DNA of 63,999 bases, the filler included, from Catajapyx aquilonaris (lineage: Eukaryota), in NCBI GenBank assembly GCA_000934665.2. It is 4 parts of 4 records of this genome, joined end to end, with 100 filler letters (N's around TTAATTAATTAA, not from the genome) between each part and the next. Parts side by side here need not be neighbours in the genome. Positions count along the whole stretch, not along the records: positions 1 to 15,996 come from JYFJ02007321.1; 3 more parts are not named here. The stretch is one strand, 5' to 3'. This document shows, piece by piece, positions 1 to 12,710 of this stretch. Position numbers and translations under genes: made by a program. Under the pieces are notes generated by a model. That model was not told the origin of the DNA. It saw only the letters and a list, made by a program, of their open reading frames with translations, and made no database searches. Positions within the stretch are counted from its first letter, which is position 1, and every line of letters begins with the position of its first letter.

Positions 1-1394
1 GCCATCTAGGTGTGGCTTACGATTGTGACACCACTGAATATTTGTCACTTTTCAAAATCAGAGAAAATCGTAGAGATCTCATAGCCGTCTGTTCACGGTT
101 TTCGAAACTGTACTCTGTCCATAGGTAAACCGGTGCTGCCACAGTCGGAATATACCTGAATCTCGAAAAATATGAAATTGTGGCATACGATTATCTCTCA
201 CCGACCCCTTCATTTATAACAGATTATGTCGGATTGTGTTTATGGGTACCAGTTACATTTGGCTTTAAGTGGGTCTTATTTCATTTAGTGGTATTTATTT
301 ACTTGTGCATATTGCCAATATCATTAAAATGGAAACACAATCGTCGGGGCTCAAAGTGTAAGACTCAAAAGACTCACAGTTTGCACCAATGTTTATGAAA
401 TAAGCTGGTGATGTAAGGCAGTTGCTCTCAAACTTCAAAACTTTCTGCAGACACACAATGGTAGCTGTCTTTCACCTTCAGTACAAGGTCGATGGACTGG
501 CGTCACAAAATAGGGCAAATGGCTTATCCATTTCGCAGAGATGAGGTCACCTCGGTCCTCAGCAGGACCATGCATGCAACAATGAATACAGCGACTCACG
601 TTTCAGGTTCCTTCCTCTTTATTTTCCTTTATTCTTGGGCGGAGACCGCTTACAACACTTGCGTCTTTCTCTGGCCCGCTCTCTAGACTCCCCTTTTGGA
701 GGGCCGCCATCTGGACCCCAGCAGCCACCAGCTTATTGTGTACCGAGGCGAGGTCCAACGGTCCCGCGGTGGCGCACTCCAAAGTCCCGACTCCAGCAGC
801 GCCAGATCCCAGAGTGTCCTCCCCGACCCCGGAGGGCGCAGCATCTACAGGAGCCACCACGGGAGGAGGAGGAGGTGTGGGAGGAACCCACTCAAAGGAC
901 GGCGAGGGCTGAGGCCGCCTCCCGTACCGGACGCTCACAGGCCGGGGCCCCAGCTACATCCGGGGCCCCATAACCAGCCTAGAGGTCCAGGGCTGCCAGG
1001 GGTGCTCTAAGTAATGTACATACGTCGAGACGGAACCCCGATCAACTTCTTGAGTCCCGGGCCGGGGCGGGTACTGGGTCCCCACGGAACGTGGCACGGG
1101 CTTGGGCAAGCCCACAGCAGGCTGCGAAGGCGACGCCCCCGAGCCCCCAGGCTTCACCGCACCGCCAGATCAGCGGGGCCCCCACCACCACCCCGACCAG
1201 CAGCTCCAAGCTGCCCCATATCTTTCTTGAGAGGGGCCATCTCACCGTGCAAATCCTTTAAAAAGGAGAAAAAAGAAAAACACGTGAGAGAGCGCCTTAG
1301 GCTCACGCGAACACACTGGCGGGTTAGCACAACCCACCTGCCCCCCCGGTACAAGGGGAGAGCGCCTTGCCCGCTTCGCCTTTGGATAAACCTC

Positions 1395-2085
1395 TTCCAT
1401 TGCAAGGAAATGATTATCCTCAGCTTTTACAAATCTTTTGTCCAGCTTCTCAAGCAATTTTTCTTGAAAAGTAACAGCCACTTCTGTTGCAGTATGAACA
1501 TGTGCCACAGCATGTTTCATACACTGATAGAGAACTGTTACTTTGCTGAGTGTTTCATACCTCACTCCTGACACCTCTCGGGTCACCGTTTCTAGAGGTT
1601 GTAGCAGCTGACATATATCTCTTGCTATTTCCACTTCCCTTGCGGTTAACATTTCAGGTGCCTTAGGAAATTTCATGAGGGCACTTCCTATAGCTGGTGC
1701 TAACAAAACAAATCGTTCAAGCATGACGAGGAACGTGGAATTCTATCTTGTTGGGACATCCTGTTTGAGCCTTAGTTCCACCATCCCCATGCCTGAAACT
1801 GAGGGCCGCAGCTCATCTGCTGCTTTAACGCTCTGCTTGAAAAAGGTCACAATGGCCTTCACCCTCTTTACTAGTGCACTTACTTCTGAGACCTCCTCGA
1901 TGGACTCTTTCGGTACCAGATTGAGTGTATGAGCGAAGCCGTTGAGGCTCTTATCTACCCCAAGCCAATTAGTAACAACATTCACAATGTTCTTCCCATT
2001 GTCAGTGACAACAGCAGTGATTTTGTCCACTGAGATGTGCCACTCATCTATGCACTCAGCTAGGATGCTGGCCAGATACTTGATC
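1395..2085 (-). pseudogene. hAT-superfamily (ZBED-like) transposase fragment, inactivated
   Basis: Translates to AVVTDNGKNIV...FAHTLNLV...KQDVPTR*NSTF..MLERF...LLQPLETVTREVSG, the hAT catalytic core motifs. The conserved W of TRWNST is a TAG stop; truncated at both ends. Confidence 0.9.
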
Positions 2086-2473
2086 AACACGGCTTACAAA
2101 ACACACATTTATTTACACTTGGTTTACATATACACTAATACTCAATCTATTGGTCTGGTTGTGGTTGCCATCGGCTGGTCCTCCTCTTCACGGACTCGTA
2201 CCAGCCTCAGGTCTTCTCTGCGTCTCGTCTGGTCTCAGCTGCTTCACTCTGTCTCTCTCGTTCTGCCTCCTCTCTCTCTGTTTCCTCTCCTTTTATTGTC
2301 TCGATCCCCTCCTCTTAAAATCCCCCAGCTTGTGCTCTTGTGAAACCCGGCGGTTTGTGGTGATGTACATAACATCCTGGGCCGGACCGGGTGACTCCTA
2401 TTGCAGGAACCCGCTAGCCATGTCCTTATAGGGACATTGTTTGTCGCCCGGACTAAGTACTGGACTCGTCACA
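2086..2473 (-). mobile_element. Probable LTR remnant (solo or truncated)
   Basis: Minus strand starts TGTGACGAGTCC at 2473, has an AG-rich body and AATAAA near 2107-2113, and abuts the broken hAT ORF. No clean terminal CA seen. Confidence 0.45.
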
Positions 2474-3921
2474 ATATCTTGGAGTAGGAAGAGAGAGCGT
2501 TATCAATAACACTTATTTTTTTACAAACCTAGGACACTTTATTACCCACATTACCAGGAAGTGTACGACCTATAAGGTAGCATTTAAATCACCGTGCATT
2601 ATATTTAAAAATATTGCCAATGAAAATAGTTACAAAATTTTACTTTCAAATGAGCTAGTTGTCGTATGCCCCATAAATACCGCCTCTTCAATATTACTGC
2701 AAATAATTCCAAACTAATTCCTTTTAACAGTCTTCTCAAACTTTTATTATGTGGTACAACTATAGCTCACACTTGCAAAAATTTATAGCTGCAAAATTCG
2801 CATTGCCTGGAACCAACTTTTTTGGACGCTCAGGAAGTCTTCACTTAAAATCACAGCTCGTCAATCGCATTTTCGGAAATAAAAATCGGCTGGGCAAATA
2901 TTACCATGGCAAGTGATGGCAATGCGTAATGAACAGCAATTAATGACAAGGGTCAAATGGGACCATTTTGCGCTGATACATGCCAGGTAATGGGACACCA
3001 TTTGACTTCCATCTAAACCATTGTAATTATGCTTCTAATGGGGAAGTAGCCTTGGTCTGGGATTTGGGATTTTTGTTCATAACTACTGTAGCTAGCCCAT
3101 GCCTGTAAACATACATTCCATCACTCTGTTGCATCAAAATGACATTACTGGATAAATTACGGCACATTTAAAAGTGCCTTCAAAATTGGCGGGAAAAACG
3201 CCGCTGCCAATCGAAAGGGTACACGAAAATGCCTGGTTGACTGCGAGATATGAGGAATTTGACTTTGAATTAACCGCGGACACGACGGAAAGCATTCGGA
3301 AGGCGGCTGTAGGCCATCGAGGTGGAGAAAAGGGGCCTTCATGTGCCGAATTCGGGTGACAGATAATTCCTACCAGTTGGCACCACTGTCAGCACAGAAG
3401 CGATTTGAGCGGCCTGGAATAAATACGCGCCCCGGCCGCTATCTTGCTCACGGAATGGGACGGTTGCTAACCGGACGGTTATTCTACAGCGAATGAGACT
3501 GAGTGGCCTGTTGAAAGGTGGACCACGGAGTAGTAAGATGGAGGGGAAACCTGCCTGAGCCGCTTGGCATTTTTTGTGTCCGGGGCTCAGCAGTTCGCCG
3601 GAAGGCCGCCAGTTGTCGCGACGGTCGCTATTATTCTAGGATCTGGTGATTTGCACGCTGATTTGCACGGCCAGGCCTGGCTCGTGCCTGGCTTTTGCAC
3701 TATCGAAGTGACTTATTTCCGGACATGAGTGGGACACGGCAGGACACGGCGTGGGACATGGTTTGCAAGATTGTACATGATCCAATCCGACCACTCCGCA
3801 AGCCCTAGGAGCACATAATAGTAATGTATTAACACCCTACCATCTGGTACGTGCCTCTGGTATAGTGTCAAACGTGGAATGAAGATTAAATTTTGTGGTC
3901 CTTACATTACAGTGGTTTAAA

Positions 3922-5262
3922 ATGCCCTCTTGCGGGATACCATTCTGCAGGTCCGGCTATGCTGGCACAATAGCAGAAAACAAGAGAAAAGGGATTCGCA
4001 ATCCGTCACTTTTCAGACCAAAAAGTCAGGTACGTAAATGTGTGTAACTGCACCCAACTGAAATTATTGAGAGTATTATTGCACTTGGAATAACAGCCAT
4101 TGTTGTTCCTTTCCTGGCTTCTAAGCTTATCTATCTTCTGGAGACCCAATGTATAGTATGCTATACATCCGGTCTGCGTAAGTCCATGCGTAAAAAATTC
4201 CATGGGAAAGAAATATTATCATTCGGATGATATTTCATTCGAAAGAAATTTCATGCGTAAGAAATTTCATGGGAAAGAAATTTCTTACGCATGAAAGTTC
4301 TTTCGAATGATATTTTTTTCGCATGGAATTTTTTCATCGCATTAAATTTATACCATGAAAAAATGTTATCCCATAGAATTTTTACGGTTTGCCCATCAAT
4401 ATTTTTTCTTCTAATCGTCAGGTCGTGACTCAATGTAGGCCTTAACAAATGGTGTATAATAATAATTAGGAGTGAAGAAAAATAACATCCAGAAACAAAA
4501 TGAAAACTTTATTATGCATCTCATTATGTGCAAGACACTAACACAGAGCTTTACTATTTGCAGGATGAAGTTGACAGGTGGAACAGAAGGGCAAAGGTTG
4601 ATCCTCCACTGACACTGAAAAATTGTGTGTGTGAACTTCATTTCAGGGAGGAGGACATTAAAAGTCCATGCAATACGATAACAATAAAACCCGGCATCCG
4701 AGATATAACGCCGAGGGGAATGAACAACCCATTGCACCCGCCCCCGGCCAAGCCGTCCAGCGGTACCGGTAAGTGTGCAGTTCGGGCGAAGTGGTCGAAA
4801 AGGTACAAATGTGTATGTTCCAACCATATTGTTTCAGGGCTGGATTTTCGGACCGTCGCCGTCGCCGTCGACTGCGCCTGGCCTGTACCCCTGCGGCCCC
4901 CGGCCCGACTCTTGGTCAGAATTTGGCACCAGCCCAGAACGCCAGGAACATACCTGCCACCCCCGCACCTGCTCTCGGCCAATATGGCGGGCAGCACCAT
5001 CAGCTGCCAACTCATCGAGACAGGTAAAGATAGTGTGCTGTCCGGTCAAAGTGGCCGAAAAGGCATATGTTCCAACCACAATGTTTCAGGCCTGGCTTCG
5101 CGGACCGTCGCCGTCGCCGTCGATTGCGCCTGGCCAGTGCTCCTCCGGCCCCTGGTCTTGGGTCATAATATGGCTCCTGGCCAGAACTCCGTCAATGTAG
5201 CTGCCACCCCCGCACCCGTCCCTGGGTCAGCTGTATCACCACCCGGATGGGTCCAGCTGTGA
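3922..5262 (+). CDS. THAP-domain protein (spliced; possibly P-element/THAP transposon-derived)
   Basis: Exon 3922-4029 (MPSCGIPFCRSGY...SLFRPKSQ, gtacgt donor) joins in phase 0 to exon 4564-4768 (DEVDRWNRRAK...NCVCELHFREEDI). Together they give the C2CH THAP signature with conserved P/W/F. Structure after 4768 is uncertain (duplicated intron+exon unit). Confidence 0.7.
4175..4390. repeat. Foldback-like array of ~15-bp units in THAP intron 1
   Basis: Repeated gaaatttcatg(c/g) units whose orientation flips near 4270 (catgcgtaagaaatttc ... gaaatttcttacgcatg). Confidence 0.6.
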
Positions 5263-5375
5263 CATCTTCTGCTAGGCGAGAAGGACCTTGCTGACAGCAA
5301 CAGTTACCGCTAGCAGAATCATAATTGTTGGAGCTGAACTTATTTGTAGCATATAGTGTGGATAAATAAACTGTA

Positions 5376-5604
5376 CAGGGTGTTCCAAGTATCCAGGTCA
5401 CTTTTGGATAACTGCTATTGCCTGATAGCAGTTATTCTTGTGTAGCTTGTTGTGCCCCGATTCAGTTGCCCCATTCCGCCCCATTCTACAACTTCTGCTA
5501 TATTCGAGAATGGGGCACCTGAATCGGGGCACAAGCTGCAAAAAATAACTGCTATTGGGCGATAGCAGTTATCCAAAAGTGACCCGGATACTTGGAACAC
5601 CCAG
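5376..5604. mobile_element. Tc1/mariner-type MITE
   Basis: TIRs cagggtgttccaagtatcc.ggtcacttttggataactgctat / atagcagttatccaaaagtgacccggatacttggaacacccag; TA on both sides. Confidence 0.85.
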
Positions 5605-6024
5605 TACATACAAACTCTTAAACCCACTTGTCGAACCTCTTATTTATCACTTCTACCTCCTGCAAGCCAAAACGATATCGTACAAACATGTTTGTACGAT
5701 ATCGCTCACTTGGTGGCAGGAATGAGGAAATATCATATTTGATCATTCTCACCTCGAGTGCTAGTGTAAACACGTCACAACTTGATCCTGGTAATATGAA
5801 CTAAATAATGAAACTACTAATAAATTATATTTAAATACGTAACTTTGACAAATTCATACAGTTCATATACGTATGTACAAGTATGTATCACTTTCGTTTC
5901 AGGGAGGCAACAATAACCCAATACATTACAGCCATAAGATGAGCCTCGCAGAGCTCTTCAGGTACAAGTGCCATTATATGCTATGCCAAAACAGCTAGAT
6001 AGTGTGTGTACAAATATTAATTAT

Positions 6025-6667
6025 GGGTCGAATTTTCGTCCCACTGCTATAGTTAGTTAGTTACTGCTATTAGATAGGTCGATAAACGAGCGCAACCGCG
6101 TTTGGACATCAATTTGCCCCCTTCCCACAACGTTGCCAAGTTTCCGGCGGGAAATGCAATCGCGTCCATTTACACCCGTGGCCTCAGCTGTTCTTTCGGC
6201 AGCTCTGGCAACGTCGCAGAGGGGCCCACCAGCCTCTTTTTCTCTCTTGAAGTAAGTGTACACCCGATGGACGACTTCTCGTGTTTGGCTTCTCAACGTC
6301 CTCCTCTTCCGAGGGTCATCGCCTACTTCCTCAGGAGGGTCCAAGCCAACTTTGCGACACGCCGCCATGGTAAAGTGCAGATATCTGCCTCGAAATCACC
6401 CGAAAGCTCTACTTGGAGGCGGCCATACTTCCTGGATCTTGGCCAGTGCTAGAAATAAGGGCCACGTGTTTTCAGCTCATATCCTGCCTAAGCACAAATC
6501 CCGCTTCATTCCAGGATTGCATCCACTGCGGCACGTGATCTGCGCGGGGTTTGCGCTCGTTTAACGACCTATCTATAACTCAGCAGTACCAGGCAGTACC
6601 ATTTCCAACACTGGTAGGGCCTACTGATAAGTTAGCAGTAACTACCAGTGGGACGAAAATTCCACCC
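6025..6667. mobile_element. TIR element (gggtcgaattttcgtcccactg) carrying an N-terminal Tc1/IS630-like transposase fragment
   Basis: 22-bp TIRs with 1 mismatch. Internal minus ORF 6368-6057 LRSQTREVVHRVYTYFKREKEAGGPLCDVARAAERTAEATGV resembles the N-terminus of insect IS630/Tc1-like (DDE_3) transposases. Related TIR at ~33165. Confidence 0.7.
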
Positions 6668-7615
6668 AATGTTTTTTTAAAAAAAGTCAAAAAAGTCAAT
6701 TTTTTACTTTATATGGTAACTTATGCATATTAGTGTAAAATTCTGCTATATTTCCCTCGTATATGATATTTACTCATGCACACAACATCCCATCCCACAG
6801 CATTCACAGCATTAGTTCCCATAGGAACCCTGGACTTTATATAGTACTACCTAATTTACATGATTCCGCATGAATAAAAATATCAAACTAAATATTATTC
6901 TTATGGAATAAATACTGAATATAATGATGAATGCAGTACTTGTGCAGTCACACGCTTTAAACCGGTGGGTTGCATTGTTAATGTTATTATTGTCATTCAT
7001 TATTGCAGCACTGCTCTATTCAATGTAGAACAAAATAAAAGCCCGCCAGACCCTGTGACGTCAGACTCGATGACGTCACGATGGATATTTCGTCACTGAG
7101 TCGACGTCCCGAGTGCCGCGCCGTATGGTCAGAACTGGGAGGGGAATCTGAGGTGGGGGGAGCGAATGGAACGTTTCTTCTTATGAGTTTTGACCTCAGT
7201 GACCTCAGTACACCAGTTGACCCTTCAGACCTTCTGTGTGTCGCGCTGTCGTGCTGAGCATTAACAATGTCGTAGGCCTACCGTGACCAGGCCAGCTGCT
7301 CGTCGTCAGCACCACAGATGCATCAGTAGCAATAAACAGTAGGGTTTGTGACTAATTCCCTATATCAGAAAACAAGAGCAGTTTCAATGAAAGCTAGGGT
7401 TGCCACCTCTCCGGGTTCGACCCGGAGACTCCGGGTTTCCAAGCGCTGCCTCCGGGCTACGGGTTTTACTCCCGAATCTCCGGGTTTGGCGACTGTGGTG
7501 TATCGATGCAGGGCCTTATCGATGCAAAGAAGAGGGAGTATGGTATCGACGCAGTGTATCGATCTGGGATATCGGGACTATAATATCGGCTCTCACAAGT
7601 AGTTGGTAGGACTGA

Positions 7616-8865
7616 CAAGTGACACACACGCAGCATATCACAAGGGAAAGGTTTATTTCAGAGCATGCGACGGAGTTTGCTCATGCTTCGTACAACCCAG
7701 ACCAAGTAGCAATTGCCTACATCGACGGAAGCTATTTCAAAATATCGAAAAGTCGAAACTTCCAGATTTTGAGGCAATTATTCTGCCTACATAAAGGACA
7801 GCATCTGTTAAAGCCTGCGCTTGTCGTTGCTCCTGACGGGTACATCCTTGATGTTCATGATCCGTACTTTTCGGATTCTCGGAACAATGATGCACGAATG
7901 CTTATCAATGAGCTTGAGAACGATCACAACGCTCTAAGGAACTGGTTTCGTAATGGTGACATATTCATTGTGGACCGAGGATACAGAGATGCCTTGGGAT
8001 CTCTAGAACAACTCGGCATTAGTTTCCGAATGCCAGCACTTTTAGGACTTGCAGTCGAAGCAGCTAATTCAACTAGATTAGTGACTAACACTAAGACGAG
8101 ATGGATCGTCGAGGTCGAGGCAAGGAACGGTCACCTGAAATCAATATTCAAGTTTTTTCGTGACTTCATCCTTATGCATCATGTTCCAAATCTACGAGAC
8201 TTTGTTCGCATATATAGCATGTGCTATGATAAATCGATTTCATGGTCCCCTTGTGATGTCGAATCACAATGCAGAACTTGCAACTGTCCTTTTAGAGAAA
8301 GCTAAACAGGAGAACGTTGTGAAAGCTCGTGTTGAAACTGAAAGATTGCACACTGTTAATGGAAGATGGATTCCGTTGAACGATCCTGGGTTTCCACATC
8401 TAAATATTGACTACCTTCGTGACCTGACAGTTGGAACTTACCAAGTTAACCTCGCCCCGTCTTATGTGCAAGATAAGTTCCAAAGAGAAAGTACAGACCA
8501 ATCCCAGTTTGATGAGTTGATTGATGAACCAGGATTTCTTCGTGTCCACATATACTCCAGACACAGGAACTCGGTACGTTATCAATTATGGATTTCTTAC
8601 AACAATAATTATCAGTACAATAGTGAGGTTCAACCAAATGAAGCTGATGACCTCGACGAACCGATAGTAGGATACTATTGTACTTGCAAGACAGGGGCTA
8701 GAACACTTGGATCATGTCCCCCAAGTTGCCAGTGTGTTGTGGTACTTAGGGTACGCAAGGCGTCTTCATCAGATTTCGTACCCATGGGTGAGACCACTTC
8801 AAGTTGTCATGGACACAGCACAAAGATATGGTGATGTTATGCCTGAGGTAGTAGAACCCGGGTAG
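7616..8865 (+). pseudogene. ISL2EU / PIF-Harbinger-type DDE transposase with C-terminal SWIM finger, frameshifted
   Basis: IAYIDGSY, HKGQHLLKPALVVAPDGYI, NNDARML, IFIVDRGYRDA, TKTRWIVE..ARNG, then after a frameshift (~8215) YYCTCKTGARTLGSC. A further frameshift lies near 8720. Confidence 0.88.
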
Positions 8866-8964
8866 ATAAATTATTTCTAATAAAAAATATCACATATTTT
8901 GTATTTATTCCTGAATAATAAAATGATTGAAGTAAATCAACTTTTCTAACCAGAATGACGTAAT

Positions 8965-9485
8965 TTATTAACTGACTCTAGGAAGCAATGTCATAGATCA
9001 CAACTTTTGTATGTCAAATATGGACGTAGGACCAAAATGTGACGGCATCATCGGACTCGATATTCTGGATAAATTTCATATCCACATCCTCATAACAGAA
9101 GGCGCCTTAGATATCCAAGGAGAACTTGTTCCCCTCACAAACCGAAAGACCATATGCAGCACAATAGCTCTTACTACAAACTTTGGAACAATTCCCAGGT
9201 GGCTTCCAAGGTGAAAATGAACCACACGTGAGGCCCATCCAATTTCAACTCTCCCATACAAGGTCCCAGAAGCACAAAAATCTGAATTAGAAACCCGAGA
9301 AACCCCCACATCAATATAACCTCAGATTACGGAATTAACAAAATTGACAACAAGCACATCCTGGTATTCTCTCAGATTATTTAACAAAATCACCAGAAGC
9401 GTTCGCTCTACCTGACCAGACAGCAGAAACCGTAATACTGGTGAATGAAGTCATCTCACGACACGGCGTGCCACGCCAACTTCCA
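8965..9485 (+). mobile_element. Gypsy-like LTR retrotransposon pol remnants
   Basis: Aspartic-protease-like DGIIGLDILDKFHIHI and integrase-like DQTAETV.LVNEVISRHGVPRQL; heavily deleted. Confidence 0.65.
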
Positions 9486-10642
9486 CCGTATGAAAGGAAG
9501 GGCCAGTAGCATAAAACATTGTAGAGACGAACTGAAGAATAAATTTATTTCATTGTAACCATTTGGTTTTCATTGTTGTATCATCAATGTTACCATGACA
9601 CTCCCCCACCTCACTGTCTTGTTGGCCAGTCGGCACCAATGGAAGTTTATCGAGGGCACTGGATAATCACAATTAAGTTCCGGATTATCCGCTCACTCAA
9701 AAGAGTCCGAACAGAACCAGCGGAAGTTCCGTCACATAGCTACGATGTGGAAAATCCTGTATAAAGACCATGAAACGCCCAACGCGCCGGAAAAGGAATT
9801 CACAAGACCAATAGTTCCTTACATGGAGTAGTACCTGAACATGGTGCATGTAATGCCAGGGGTACATTATTACATGCGTAAGTCATTGAACAACGACGAA
9901 TCGGTCACAAATGAACAAGCACCACCACTGGATTTACGATAGCTGGCCAGGTGGAAAAAATTTCATTGTTTCCTGTAATTAAGGATCCTTCTCCATAATA
10001 TGAGGTTCATTTTGAGGACAGGGACATTGACAAACTTGCATGACGCCCGGCTTGGTTTTTAGTTTTTTCGGTTGTAAAAATCTGAGGTTCCTTTTCACAA
10101 GACTACGGTTCTCTTTTTCATATAGGCAGCATCAGCTTATGGTAATTATTAATAATAAGGGCACTTTGAATATGCTGCAGGGGAAGTGCAGACACCAAAT
10201 CAGAAAACATGGGCAAGTTTTCATGCCCATTTGCACAATATTATACTGTAGCAAACCTGCAGAACTGCCTCGTAATTAATCACACAACTAGACAGTATTG
10301 AGGAACATAGTCTGGTAAATAATCCAGCTAGTACTACATTGACGTCAATGTCAAATTTTTATCCGCATATTTTCATCGTGTATTAGTGACATATAATATG
10401 AATTATTAAATAGCATTTCAAATATGACTGTAGTGATAGTTCTGATTATTTTGTTGGCCAAGCCCATTCACATAAGATTATGTAAACACAGACACGTAAC
10501 ATTACTAGCTGATCAGTGCGTCTTTTGTTCGTATTCATATAAGGGCACAGTCACAGACATTTCAAAATCCATGTTAATGGTTCCAAAACTTGTGGTTCGA
10601 AGTTTGCAGTGTTTGTAGTAATTCCTGCAACTAACCTTCTGT

Positions 10643-11420
10643 TAGTGCCACTTTCCCAACCTTTAGCATCAGGCATCAGAAGAAGAGGACCTAGACCGAC
10701 TAGCCTCGGGAAAAGGGTCGTAGGACCTACCCAGGATTCGAACTAAACCATGAGACCCACACGGACGACGATGATAGACAACACGAGTGAAACTGATGTG
10801 GCCATTCCGCCAATGGAAAGGAGAGTCGACGCATTCATATTCAGTGTCCCAAAATGAAATATTATGCCAAGTTTAGTATATACGAGGTCTGTCCAAAAAG
10901 TATCCGATCTTTATTTTTTTGCACCCATGAGAAAATGCATTGGGGGTCGAATGAAGGTGTCCATTCTGTGTACACTAAAGATGCTTATGAGCACTAACTT
11001 TCAAAAAAAATATGAGGAACTCTAGCTATTCACATTAGGTGGAAAATAAGCATATTTTTTGAATACAAACGGTGGAAAAACTTGCTAGAGTGTCACCAAA
11101 AACACTGAAAAAATGATACACAAAAGTGACAGTGACAGTGACAGTGACAAATTCCATTACGCCAGGCCACTGTCACGACGTGGACTGTTGATCCTTAGTG
11201 ACACTTTCCCAACTTTAAGCATCATGCGTGGCGAATAAGAGGACGGAGACTGACTAGCCTCGGGACAAAGGTCGCAGGCCAACCTAGAACAACATTTGAA
11301 ACCCACACAACGACAGGCACAGTGGCGACCACACAAACGGTGAGAGGGGTCATTATTTTATGATGTGGAAAGTCGACAGTGCAAGATATTAAATATTATG
11401 ACAAGTTTTGTATACTTCAA
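10643..11420 (+). repeat. Diverged ~230-bp direct duplication separated by a mariner-end fragment
   Basis: ttagtg(c/a)cactttcccaac...actagcctcggg...gtcgac...aaatattatg.caagttt at ~10643-10880 and ~11195-11415; tacgaggtctgtccaaaaagtatcc (mariner-like TIR) at 10881. Confidence 0.55.
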
Positions 11421-12454
11421 TGATCTAAAGGTGCAGACATCTTTTATTATAGGTTCTAGAAATGGGCTGAACACATCGCTGACATGATCTGCAGTACAGA
11501 GAACGACAAACTCATAATGTGGGAAACCAACAACAGCAGCCCGTAGGACTCTGCTGTCCGAGGACTACAAGCAACTCCAGAAGTAGTTAACACTGCTACT
11601 CTCCATCACTGCTACCGGAGGTACAGGGAACTACTTGTTTGACGACTCAATCTTTCAACAAAACCCAATAAATCATGTTTAATATGTTATTGTTAATTAT
11701 ATCCCATCAGCTGATGAGTTGATTCGTATCAAAATACGTAATGTACAATATTAAAAATCTGTACTAATGATAAAAATAATTCTTGCATCATATTGTTGAC
11801 AATTTGGGTCAGCAAACCACAGGAGGATCCTAGGATAGATCTGGTTCTGTTGTACAACTGGAGGCCTGTCCCAAAGACATTGACAAGGTTCCTCACTTTG
11901 AGGCAGTGCCAGCTGTTAACAACCTGGAAGAACCACGTGCAAAGACTAATCTTTTATTAACTCGTATCGAGGTTTGCATCGACATAATAATAATATGAGA
12001 GTATGCTGCTGAACATTTAATGACATTATTCAAGTGGAGTTTTCGATCATATGCAATTTGGTTTTCGACTTCATCCAACAAACAAGTTTAAGGATCATCT
12101 GAGAAAGAGGCACTCCAACTCCCAACTCTGGTGCATCGCAACATCGCAATGAAAAGTGAAAACATTCGTAAAGTCCACCTGGAGCATAAGGTCACCATAA
12201 TAAGGGTAATATTCGTTCAGATTTGCAGTCAAAATTTCTAATGCCTTTTTCTCACTCTCTGATCATTAATTAGAGACTAGAGTGTGCTACGGATTTTCCC
12301 ACGGGGAAAGTTATGACCGTGGGCTTCACGAGAGCCGATTCGTTGATTCCACTGGTGTACCGGAGGCTCATAAACGCAGTACACACACTATCTGCGATTT
12401 TTATAGCTTTTGCAGAGGGCTCATAACAAATGAGTATTAGGAACGACAAGATAT

Positions 12455-12710
12455 ACCGTCACGGGACAGATAGAAGGCGACAAAGTCATTGTGCAAATAT
12501 ATGAAGCCAAGATTGGCAAAGGAAAGCACAATACTGGACGAAAAGTGGAAGACCATTGGGTATTGGAGATGATCGAGGAAGGAAGTGAACACATCAGATT
12601 TGTCATATGCCCGGAAAATTCTATGGCCGCCAATACTAATTCAAGAGCACGTCGCCGAAGGGTCCATTATCCACACTGACTTCTGGCGTGGGTACCTAGG
12701 ACTAGGCGGG
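12455..12710 (+). pseudogene. Merlin (IS1595/ISXO2-like) transposase fragment
   Basis: IEGDKVIVQIYEAKIGKGKHNTGRKVEDHWVLEMIE (consensus VEIDESKFGKRKYNRGR..EG.WV), then frameshifted IQEHVAEGSIIHTDFWRGYLGL. Confidence 0.85.

Noticed and set aside
3157..3460. Possible non-LTR reverse transcriptase remnant (FIPGRS-like on minus strand)
   Set aside because: Single short motif; no other RT motifs recognisable.
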